DNA from: Antedon mediterranea
Lineage: Eukaryota; Animalia; Echinodermata
Assembly (NCBI RefSeq): GCF_964355755.1
Contig: NC_092675.1
Span: 29,484,912-29,548,911 of the forward strand
Reading direction: 5' to 3'
Length of the DNA stretch: 64,000 nucleotides
Shown: in pieces, positions 48,753-64,000 of the stretch
How positions within the stretch are numbered: position 1 is the first letter of the stretch
Layout of the letters: each line of letters opens with the position of its first letter
The notes under the pieces: model-generated
Databases searched by the model: none
What the model was told of the DNA's origin: nothing
The model's input: the letters and a program-made list of their open reading frames with translations, nothing else
Position numbers and translations under genes: made by a program

Positions 48753-49235
48753 AGGTAACGGGACGATTCGGCCCTTAGACAATTCGGCCTGGGACGATTC
48801 GGCTTTGATATGCATTTTATAAGCATAAAATAAGCCTTTTCCCCAAACTTTATTTCCAGAGAGACTATGGGGGATAAAGATGCAATAAAGCAAACATTTT
48901 GAAAACATTGTCGAAAATGATCAATTTTTAGTCACGCGAACGATGTAAACAAGTTTTCGAAGTAATAAATTGAATATAAAATTACGTTTTTTTAGTAATT
49001 TATTATATATATTATATCAAAATTGTCAATACCTGTATCAATAAAATACGGATTGTTAAACACCTTTAAAAACTTGATAAATACCCAAAAAAATGAATAT
49101 GAATTTGGTCTGAGGTGAGACGTTTCGGCCCACAAAGTGGGATGTTTCGGCCCGAAAGTGGGCCGAATCGTCCCACCAAAAGTGGGCCGAATAGTCCCGG
49201 GCCGAATCGTCTCAGGGCCGAATCATCCCTGAACC
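48753..49235. mobile_element. MITE with gggacgattcggccc subterminal repeats, at the C-arm breakpoint
   Basis: ggtaacgggacgattcggccc... vs ...gggccgaatcatccctgaacc. Confidence 0.75.
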
Positions 49236-49364
49236 CAAATAATACACAATGCTAATGGTGAGCCTAACTGATTCAAAGGATTTTATACAAATGGTTGTAC
49301 CTTCCATTGCTGGAAAAATATTGAAATATTTAACTGAAATTAGCAAAATCTAAGCAACAAATAC

Positions 49365-51292
49365 GGTAGCCGATCACTCCGGCCGCGCTTCACTCCGGCC
49401 GCCGTATCAGTTTAGCGCGATGTATGATGCGCGATTTGAACGATTTGCGCAATTTGAAATTGCGCAAAAAAAATCCTTGCGCAATTTGAATTGAAACATG
49501 TGTTTCAAATTGCGCAAGCAACGTATTAAATTGCGCAAGTAATCTGCAAATTGCGCAAGGTTTTTCGACAGATTGTGAAATCATGCACACCCATATTTTT
49601 ATAGTAATTTCTAAGAATGATTCAAAATTAAAGATAAATATCGCATTTCCTTATTTTAGTAGTGCAAATATTGTTATATAAGTTAGCATACCGTCGAAGA
49701 ACCGACGAAGGAAAACGAAGCGGTGGTGTTCCACCAGGCGGGCGCGGCGCGGGCGGCCGGCTATACTACTCTAGCCTAGCTGCTAGGGTCTGGACTACTG
49801 ATACTGACTAGGTTACATGGCCTAGCTTAAACTAATATTAAAAACTTAATTTTTACATTTATTTTGATTTATTTCAAGTTACAGTGATAATATTATTTAA
49901 TTGTAATAATAAATGTTATGTATTTATTATACACATGTTCGCATTTATTATGTTTTATTTTGAGTTATTTAGTTTCCAATAAATTATTATAATATCGATT
50001 GTCTGGTAGAATTTTGTTGCGCAATTTGAAAATTTACAGTTCGTTTTCAAATTGCGCAAAGGTGTCATATTGCGCAAGAACTATCTTGCGCAATTTACAA
50101 ATTGTGCAGCGCAATTTAAAATTGCGCAAAGATTTTCTTGCGCAATTTGAAATTGCGCAAGTTGATTGCGCAATTTTAAATTGCGCAAAAAAATCCTTGC
50201 GCAATTTTAAATTGCGCAAGAATTCTTTGCGCAATTTCAAATTGCGCAAGGATTTTTTTGCGCAATTTCAAATTGCGCAAATCGTTCAAATCGCGCATAA
50301 CATATGCACTCCGGCCGCTATTCAATTCGACCATATTCTTGCTTTGATTCGACTTCCTGTGCAAAGGGGCCGTTAGTATGGAGCGCCCATATCTACGTTT
50401 TCTATACTGTTCAGTGTTATAACAAATTCTTGGTGAATTTAAATGGAACTAGTTGAATATTAAATTAGCAACAATTTTACTTTTTTCATAACAATAACAT
50501 TCAAAGAAGTTGGAACTGCTTTTTCTTTCAAACTAAACTTAACTTAATTAAATTCAATAATAAAATAATAATCAAATACCCGTCTAATTAATGGTTGAAT
50601 AACAATATTTAATTTCTTTCTATGTACATTTATTTTTATAGCTTTACATTTATTAACATTAAAAATTAGTTAAAACCCTTATTTTTATAACACTTCATCT
50701 TGCCAGTACCCATACTTACTAATTATAGTTAATAACAATATGTGAAATATTAATTTATTTATTTCAAATAATCAATTATTATTGATGTTTGTTATAGTTA
50801 ATAACAATATTTACAATATATATTAATTAATTTATTTCAAATAATCAAATATCCGTCTAATTAATGTTACCTGGAATTGTATCAAGAATTAATATATTAT
50901 TTTTGTACAGTCCAATTTACAATGATTTTATATTTTAATTTATATATGATAAAAATAATATGACATATAGGGTACATTGCAATAAATTACATTAATTAAT
51001 CACATTACAATTAATATACTAGCCTATTACATTGGATAAAACACATAAATTATTTTGTTTTAGCATTAGACCTAATTTAAAACACTTGCGATGTTGTTGT
51101 GATCCTGAAAGAGAAAAAATATACTGTATGATTACAAATGTTTATTTTGATTCTCTACAAAAAAAACGTGTCTCGGTTGTAAAAGACTCATTGGGCGCTC
51201 CATAGCTGCGGCCGGAATGAATCGCGGCCGGAATGAATCGCGGCCGGATTGAAGCGCGGCCGGATTGAAGCGCGGCCGGAGTGATCTGTATT
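49365..51292. mobile_element. TIR element (gatcactccggccgcgcttca) containing a nested ttgcgcaa-repeat TIR element (about 49420-50306)
   Basis: TIRs at 49372-49392 and 51266-51286; caaatac on both flanks; interrupts the CISD intron-1 copy. Nested element has about 70-bp TIRs built from aaattgcgcaa units. Confidence 0.75.
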
Positions 51293-51486
51293 CAAATACT
51301 CGGTTACATACACTGATGCAGACCGAGATAGGTAGGTATTTAAAATAAAGTGGCGCTCCTCTCACCACACACACAACACAAACAACAACAACGCATGTGC
51401 GAACGAACAATAAGTAGGCAAGCACGTGACGTGAAACTGCCCTTAACTTGGAAATTCCATTTCCAACAAAAACGGCTCTAACTTAC

Positions 51487-51583
51487 CTGTTAGGTCACCA
51501 AACCCTGCCAACGTGTCAGGAATGGGTAAATTACGAAGAAAATTTGGAAATGTAACTGTTATCAACAGTTTTAAGGACTCCAT
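51487..51583 (-). pseudogene. Orphan duplicate of CISD exon 1 (partial gene copy)
   Basis: Reverse complement reads [32 protein letters not shown] followed by a gtaagt donor. Flanks match CISD intron 1 (51293-51486, about 49255-49364) and upstream region (51584-51700, 54405-54555, 55466-55518). No copy of exons 2-3 found. Confidence 0.85.
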
Positions 51584-51705
51584 GTCAATTAAATTAAAAT
51601 TAGGGACTACTCTGGTTGAGTTAGGGCCCCGTCGTCAAAATGAAGAAAATTAATTAGAGACACCACCGGGCAATAGGTGGCGCTCGTGTTTTGTATTAGT
51701 TTAGT

Positions 51706-54404
51706 CAAAGAATATATATCACAAGAATGAGTAATCCGTGATTTTCCCTGTAACAGTAATATTGTCCATGTGGTAGGGCGCCGCCATAAGTGTGGATGTA
51801 TCTGGGATGTATACAACTTTTTGTGACGGTTTCACTAATCAAAGGCTGGACCACCGGTAGTATTTTCATGATAAAAAATGTTAAAAACTACGGTGGCCCA
51901 CAACTGTCACGCACACTATATAAATCATATTCACACAATTAAAGAAGGAATCACACAATTAAAGAAGGAATCACACAATTAAAGAAGAAATCACACAATT
52001 AAAGAAGGAATCACACAATTAAAGAAGAAATCACACAATTAAAGAAGGAATCGCATATAAACAAAAGAAAGCATGAAAATATAAAAAGAAATGCACAAAT
52101 AAAGAAGAGCTAAGCACAATTAAAGAAGTCCGCAACAAATTCGAAAGCTCCTCGCACAATTAAAGAAGTTCGCAACAAAATCAAAAGCTCCTCGCACAAT
52201 TAAAGAAGTCCGCAACAAATTCGAAAGTACCTCGCACAATTAAAGAAGTCCGCAACAAATTCGAAAGTACCTCGCACAATTAGAGTACAGTAGTCCATAT
52301 GGAACGCCATCGCTGCCTCCGGCAGTAGCAAACTTTAATTCTATTCGGCTCTTTTACCATTACGTTCGGCTCTTTTACCATTCGGCGCATTTCTATTCGG
52401 CCTTTTTACCATTACGTACGGCTCTTTCAGCATTCAGCTCATTTCTATTTGGCCCATTTTTTACCATTACGTTCGGCTCTTTCAGCTTTCGGCTCTTTTT
52501 TATTCGGCCAATTTACCATTACGTTCGGCTCTTTCCTCAGCATTCGGCTCTTTTTTTATTCGGCCCATTTAACATTACGTTCGGCTCTTTTTGATTCGGC
52601 CCTTTTTTATTCGGCTCTTTCTGCATTACTACGTTGGGCTCTTTTTAAATCGGCATTTTTTTATATGGCGCAATTAAAATCTAACCTTTGACATGGGGTC
52701 AAATGGAAGAAAATCAACGACTGGAAATGAGTCTATGAAAAGTTTACAAACATTTCATCATCATGGCGCCAACCATGAGTAGCCAACCGATTAAAGATGT
52801 GTTGAATAACCTAAATTAATTCATCTTTTAACAAATTTTGAGAGAGAAAGGGTAAATTATTATTATTAAATGTTTGGCTGACACTAGGCGAGGCCTAGCT
52901 AGCCTAGGCCATAAATCAAACCTTTTCTCTCTCAAAATGGTCAATAAGGTGGGACAATTGCAAGTTCTCTAACTAACACATTAATCATGTCAATAAAATG
53001 ATTTAGTTATATTGAAATAGCCTTCAAATTCATTTAATTCAACCAACCAAACACTCTACATGCTGCATCTATATGTTTTGTAAACTTTTCATAGACTCAT
53101 TTCCAGCCGTTGATTTTCTTCCATTTGACCCCATGTAAAAGGTTAGAATTTAATTTCGCCGCATAAAAAAGGGCCAAATCAAAAAGAGCCGAACGTAATG
53201 CAGAAAGAGCCGAATAAAAAAGGGCCGAATTAAAAAGAGCCGAATGCTGAAAGAGCCGAACGTAATGGTAAAAGGGCCGAATAGAAATGCGCCGAATGCT
53301 AAAAGAGCCGAACGTAATGGTAAAAGAGCCGAATAGAATTAAAGTTTCCTGCCGGAGGCAGCAATGGCGTTCCATACGGACTACTGTACTTTAATTGTGT
53401 GTGGGGTACTTTCGAATTTGTTGCGGACTTCTTTAATTGTGCGAGGAGCTTTCGAATTTGTTGCGGACTTCTTTAATTGTGCGAGGGGCTTTCAAATTTG
53501 TTGCAGACTTCTTTAATTGTGCGAGGAGCTTTCGAATTTGTTGCGGACTTCTTTAATTGTGCTTAGCTCTTCTTTAATTGTGCGTTTCTTCTTTATTTGT
53601 GCATTTCGTTTTGTATTTTCATGCTTTCTTTTGTTTATATGCGATTTCTTTTTTAATTGTGCGATTTCTTTTTTTAATTGTGTAATTCCTTCTTTAATTG
53701 TGTGATTCTGTGTTATAGTGTGCGTGACAGTTGTGGGCCACCGTAAAAAACTACATGCCAACATCATGTTAAATACTATTTGGATATTTAATTGTTCGTT
53801 TTATGCAATTTATTTAGTAAAAACTGCGGTATAAACAGTTTGCTTTATCAACCGGGCGCTACGATAGCGTGACCGGGCGTGTTGTTGTTTACGCGTTTTC
53901 ACGAAAGATAGTTTAATAATATTCCTATATTTAACTTGTTTCTGGTAAAACAAATAAATGTTAATGACATTTAACATTTTGTCCTATTAACAACATGTAT
54001 TTTATACTAATTTATATCATAAAAACAATACTTAATTTACCGGGCGTAGAGCAGAACACGGCAATGGTAAAGAATAGGCCGTGCTGAGTAACGATTCGTT
54101 GATTTTGGTGTTGCTGTGTTAGGCCTTTTTTGTGAACTAACTTAGCATGTTAGTAAATAATTGTCTGTAAAAGTGAATGTACACTAGTTTGTTAATAAAT
54201 ATGTATTATAAAATAGTTTACAATTGCAAAAACTATTATCATAATTCTATTTAATGTGACATGTATAATATCTATTAAATCAAATCTTATTTAGTATGTA
54301 TACATCCGCCCTTATGAGGGCGGGCATCACTCACTGGAGCTCTCTGTTACAAATTTCTCATGCAAAAATCGCGGAATACTCATTCTTGTGATATATATTC
54401 TTTG
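51706..54404. mobile_element. P-element-like non-autonomous DNA transposon
   Basis: 28-bp TIR caaagaatatatatcacaagaatgagta, 7-bp TSD gtttagt (51699-51705, 54405-54411); interrupts the CISD upstream copy. Confidence 0.75.
51889..53745. mobile_element. Foldback-like element with long modular TIRs, nested in the P-like element
   Basis: tacggtggcccacaactgtcacgcacactat at both ends; arms about 51889-52752 and 53077-53745 made of 20-bp (cacacaattaaagaaggaat), 40-bp and attcggctcttt subrepeats. Confidence 0.8.
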
Positions 54405-54555
54405 GTTTAGTTGAGGAAGAGGTTTGGTGGCAATCAAAGTTTTTGGCAAGTAGGCCTATACCCCTGCAACTATGTTTATATATACCCCTTGATGCGTCCA
54501 TGTCAAAATAAAATGATAATTTTCTATTGAACAGTGCAAAATAGAATCGTAATAA

Positions 54556-55466
54556 TATACAAATAATGAATGTTTATGAGTGTAATGGTACAAATAATGG
54601 CACGAGGTGAATGATGAAAGGTTATATCAACGAGGCAACGCCGAGTTGATATAACCTTTCATCATTCACCAAGTGCCATTATTTGTACCATTACACGAAT
54701 ACAAAACATTCATTATTTGTTTTATATAACATCTAAATAAATTCTAGTTATTTGAATTAAATAAAAGGTAGCCCTAGCCAAAGCTTACTACATTTCCTTC
54801 ACACACATTGATTAAAAACAGTAACATTTGGTTTTTAATAATTTTATATTAAATGTTATATTTATATGGATTTCGTAAACACACCTACTTTTGTGTTAAT
54901 TATGTCAACAAACGACCAAACAATCCTAGGCCTAGCAAGGCTAAAACGCCTAGGCTAGGCCTAGCCTAATACTAGCATGGCCTAGGCTAGACCTAGTAGC
55001 CTAGTACTAGCTTGGCTGAAAGGCAAAACTACGACAGACAATTGGAACTTATCTAAGCTAATTATGGTTTTTCCAACAATTCCACGTCTTGTAGGGATGT
55101 CCCCATTAATTAATCAAAATCCTAAAAACGATCTAAAGCTAATTTAAATGCCTTTTTGAATGAAATTAGTACATAATGTCCAAATCGTACACAAATATCT
55201 GCTGCTGTTGCATATCTCGCGGTGGTGTTTACAAATGAAACTGAGACCAGACGACAGGTGGCGCTGTTGTATTTCACAGTACAGAGCCATATCATAGGAT
55301 AATTTGTGTACTAGATTTTTTTTCATCCGCGAGACGTTTTTTTTTTCGTACACAAAAATGTTTCAAAAAGTACTATTAAACGATCGTTTAATAGTGCGTA
55401 CTATTGCACGCCATGTGACCCACAATCGTCCAATCAAATGACAGGAATTTATTTAGGTGTTATATA
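54556..55466. mobile_element. Non-coding insertion with long terminal hairpin (possibly Crypton-type non-autonomous element)
   Basis: Hairpin about 54559-54720; internal inverted repeat tatataaca.ctaaataaattc (54723-54744 / 55445-55466); short taata duplication relative to the uninterrupted CISD upstream sequence; related element at about 23395-23640. Confidence 0.5.
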
Positions 55467-55833
55467 ATAGTTATCATCGTACGATTTATAATGCTGTATA
55501 TATTACACAAATACTAAACTGTAGAGTTGGTATTACTCCTATACCAAAATGTGAGCAGTGCCTTTTTAGTTGGTTTGTAGCATGCTTCAACATTCAATTT
55601 AAACCAAAAACATGAACATTTTGGTGATCATTGACATTGAACTTTTTTAGATAATTGACACGCAAAATCTGTACAGAAAGAAATAAAGAAGAAGAATAAA
55701 AGATTTTATACAATAATTATTGGTGATCATTTTATTCTGAATGATAACCTAATAAATATTTTTTCATGGGGACAATATATCTTTAAGAAGATGGAAGAGG
55801 CGGATAAATTGAGTAAAAGTTAGTTTACTTTAG

Positions 55834-56016
55834 TACAGTAGGTGCACCCAGACCAAAACCAGAGACTCCTGAGGCAAAGTGTATTTGTGTATCATACAGT
55901 AGGTGCACCCAGACCAAAACCAGAGACTCCTGAGGCAAAGTGTATTTGTGTATCATACAGTAGGTGCACCCAGACCAAAACCAGAGACTCCTGAGGCAAA
56001 GTGTATTTGTGTATCA
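55834..56016. repeat. Perfect 61-bp x3 tandem repeat
   Basis: tacagtaggtgcacccagaccaaaaccagagactcctgaggcaaagtgtatttgtgtatca at 55834, 55895, 55956. Confidence 0.95.
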
Positions 56017-58638
56017 TTTGTCCATGGTTATGAATTAACAGAAACGGGATGGTATTCTCCGTGAACCACCAACCAACAATATCATCGAGGTAGTATAGAT
56101 TGATGGCGAACTCTAATGAATATCAAAAGTGATTTGCCCTTGCTGACCACTGAACATGGTTCTTCAGTAATTGACCAATTGGATATACGAGTTTGAAGTC
56201 AAGAATTGACCAATAATACTGTACTGCCATGTTAAGATTAGATGAAACATCACATAGTGAAATATATTGAGATGAACAAAAGGCAACATCATTTACAGCA
56301 TAGCCCGAGGGCCTGCATCCCTAAAATCCTTGCATTTGCGCCGTTAATATGAAAACGTTACAACAAAAAGCTAAATCATTACAATTTTTTTACTCAATTT
56401 AATACTGTGTATTTATTTAATTATTATTGTGATTTTGCAGTAGCAAATTCAATTGGAATTTGCCAGTAAGAACCTACAAGCAACTGTTAAAAAACAAGAC
56501 TTTAATTCTCACTAGGGACGCAACGCATGGCGTAGACGCAACGCAAGCAAGTTGAACAATCCATCGCTTGTGATTGGTCAAATCACTTACGACTGCGTTA
56601 CGTCTGTGCGTTGCGTCTCTAGTGGGAACCAAGCTTTAGTATAATATAGACAATTAAGTAGTAGCTATAGACACTACTATTTATTATAGACTAGGCTTAC
56701 AGTATCAAATACAGTAGTAGAAATAGACACTATTAGATAGACAATCAAATAGTAGCTATAGACACTACTTTTATTATAGACTAGGCTTACGGTATCAAAT
56801 ACAGTAGTAGAAATAGACACTATTAGTATTATAAGACAATCAAATAGTAGCTATAGACACTACTATATATCTACATAACCACTTACTAATTCTATAAATC
56901 AGAAACCCATTTTTCTATGCTCTCATGTATAAAAAGAGCATACAAAGACATTACACCTACAGTACAAGTTTATTTAATCTTTTTAACTATTAATTAGTTT
57001 TCAAAACATTAAAACTAATATTATATTAATTACGCTGCTTGAAAAAATTTATTTTTTATTGAAACTGCAACACATTCAAATATCTGATTTGTGTATAAAA
57101 TGACCTACAAATATTTGCTATTGCACTTGAAAAAAAAGTTTTCAACTTCAATTAAAAAGTTTCTATCTAGATTTGTGTAATTTGTGTTGTGTAAGAAATG
57201 CTGAAACAGAAGATAAAGTAAGCTCCTTTAAATATGAAATTAAGTTGAAATAGATGTTATCATTGGCACACCACAGGACCATTTATTGGCTCTACACCCT
57301 CAATGAACTTAATCCAACATGGGCTTACAACTGAGAACTAACATGTAGTACTAGTAAAACTATAACCATTTTGCGTAAAATTTACTCCAATACGGGAGGG
57401 ACCCGAGGACCAACATGTAGTGAGTCTCCACGTAAACCATTTTGTTCACTGTAACTTTCAAAAGAATACAAGCTCTGTCTACACTATCAAACTTTATGCG
57501 ACAATAACATGTGATGTGCCCATATATGGACATGATGACATCACATCAATACCATATTTGGGTATATTACTACCATATTATTTGGGCATATCACACTTTT
57601 TTGTCAAACTAGTTTGATAGTGTAGACAGAGCTTCGGAATAGTTTCATTGTTGACACACACATAGACCTAAAAGGTCATTATAGTTTTTTTTAACAAATG
57701 TAAAACGAAAACCTTATTTAGTTTATTTTGTTAAATAGATTTTTCCAAGTTCCATTATCTTTAAATCTATCCACTAAGATTTGTGGTTCCTACAAAGTAC
57801 CGTACTGGTTATAGTACTGTAACATGAGGGTGACTATGTAGTGTAATGTGGAGTAGGCCTAACATTATTATGTACAGTAGAGATATTCAAATACCACCTC
57901 ACATCATTTATAAAAACTAGAGGGAGCTAAAACTGAAATACATAACAAAGAAGTACACAGTCCATTGTTTGTAACTTGTTAGTGAAATATAATTTACAAT
58001 CGTATCTAACATTTCACACGCAAAAAAGCCTAGAAATGAAAAGAAAACAAACCTTTGTTAGTCGTAACTTGTATGAAATGCAACTTAAAAATATTGAAAA
58101 GAAAAAGCAAATTTACTAACATTTATCAATTGCAGATTATTATTGACAATTAACTACCACACGCAAGTATAACTACTTTAACTATAGACTGTGTATAGAT
58201 ATGATAATAATTTATTCCAGATAAAAATTTCTGCGATATTAAAGGTTTTAAACTATCTACAGCATATGACAACTGATTACTAATGTACTATGATGAGAAG
58301 TACTGGTCATGAGCTGGTGAAAACAGTCAAGACCATGTTAATGTTCTCCCAAAAATAACCCCTACTAATTTTTGTAAACTGTAATTTATTCCCCCACCCT
58401 TTCCAAATCTTACACATCAATTCAAAACTCATTGCGTATACTGCAATTGTTTGTAAGATCAGGAAATCACTCTATCTGATCAATCAACCGTATCATTAAA
58501 TGCTTGCTGTATTTCTTAACAAAAAGCAGTTTTGATACTTTTAATTTATACACTAAAACATATATAGCCGCATTTTTTTATTTGTTTCCTTCATTTTCTT
58601 GTTTAGTTTAGTTTTTTTCCTTCTTCTTTCTCTCCCGT

Positions 58639-63321
<4,683 letters not shown>

Positions 63322-63579
63322 TCTTTGTTATATATTTTCAACAACCTCTCTCTCTGCTTGCTGTTTTAATTTTGTTTTCCTCTCTCTCTGTGACTCGACC
63401 AAAGATCTTATATACTCTAGTATATAAGATCTTTGGACTCGACTCTTCTTCACCGCATGAGGGGAGTATTCATGGGAGTTACATTGATGATTCATTCCTG
63501 CCTCCTGCATGCAGCAGAGACTGTAAAGCTCTGTCCACACTATCAAACTTTATGTGACAAACAAATGTGATGTGCCCAT

Positions 63580-63835
63580 ATTATTATTATTATTATTATT
63601 ATTACTTGTATAGCGCACATTTATACAACATTTAATTATAATCAGCGGCGCTTAACATCAATATTAGTATCGTAACATTGTTTGAAATATAGTGCTTTTA
63701 AATGTTTTTTAAACTGATTATAGTCGTCTAAGTGTTTAATGTGACTTGGTAAACTGTTCCAAATTTTGGGTCCTGCTACGGCGAACGAACGGTCAGCAAA
63801 TGTCTTTCGTTTAGTTCGTGGGATTGTCAGGTTAT
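63580..63835 (-). mobile_element. 3' end of an L2/CR1-type LINE with (TAA)n tail
   Basis: ORF 63642-63887 contains RTKRKTFADRSFAVAGPKIWNSLPSHIK..FKKHLK, a typical LINE ORF2 C-terminus; (tta)n at 63580-63604; truncates a MITE. Confidence 0.75.
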
Positions 63836-63865
63836 AACCTAACCCTAACCCTAACCCTAACCCTA
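63834..63865. repeat. Short interstitial (CCCTAA)n telomere-type repeat, about 4-5 units
   Basis: taacctaaccctaaccctaaccctaaccct read directly. Confidence 0.8.
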
Positions 63866-64000
63866 TGAGACGTACATTGGAAGCCATTGCAAGGATCGCA
63901 TGGCGTTAGTTGCACTGTCATACCGACCTTTCCTGACAATTATTTTCGCAGCTTGGTGCAGTAACCTCTTCATTGGAGCAAGGGTATTAGCAGGTAGACC

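Noticed and set aside
49999-50376. LRNFKLRK repeat ORFs on both strands
   Set aside because: Translation of palindromic ttgcgcaa subrepeats of a TIR element.
52449-53767. Low-complexity ORFs (SALF repeats, Lys-rich)
   Set aside because: Translations of foldback arm subrepeats.
55834-56016. CRISPR-like array
   Set aside because: Units are identical end to end with no unique spacers, no cas genes, eukaryotic context.
63834-63865. True chromosome end
   Set aside because: Only 4-5 units with ordinary sequence on both sides.

Overview
AT-rich eukaryotic (marine-invertebrate-like metazoan) genomic DNA; species not identified. All alignments and counts were done by eye. Spliced genes: the 3' ten exons of a KLHL2/KLHL3 (kelch)-type BTB-BACK-Kelch gene (+), a CISD2-type CDGSH gene (+), and four intron-containing UBE2D/UbcH5-family E2 genes, A(-), B(-), C(+), D(-). 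Each E2 gene has six exons (24/64/32/78/106/140 nt) and an open 147-aa frame. B, C and D are young copies in alternating orientation inside large inverted duplications. Their exons differ almost only by amino-acid-changing substitutions, and copy D has lost the catalytic Cys85 (to Gly) and carries A96E in the RING-binding loop while keeping its ORF and splice sites. Other signals: a possible UGA-C readthrough extension with a 3' stem-loop on the kelch gene, a P-element-like 17+2+17 bp footprint upstream of copies C/D, an orphan CISD exon 1, and many nested transposons (LINEs, SINEs, Harbinger-type MITEs, Helentron-, P-, Academ-, Crypton- and foldback-like elements).
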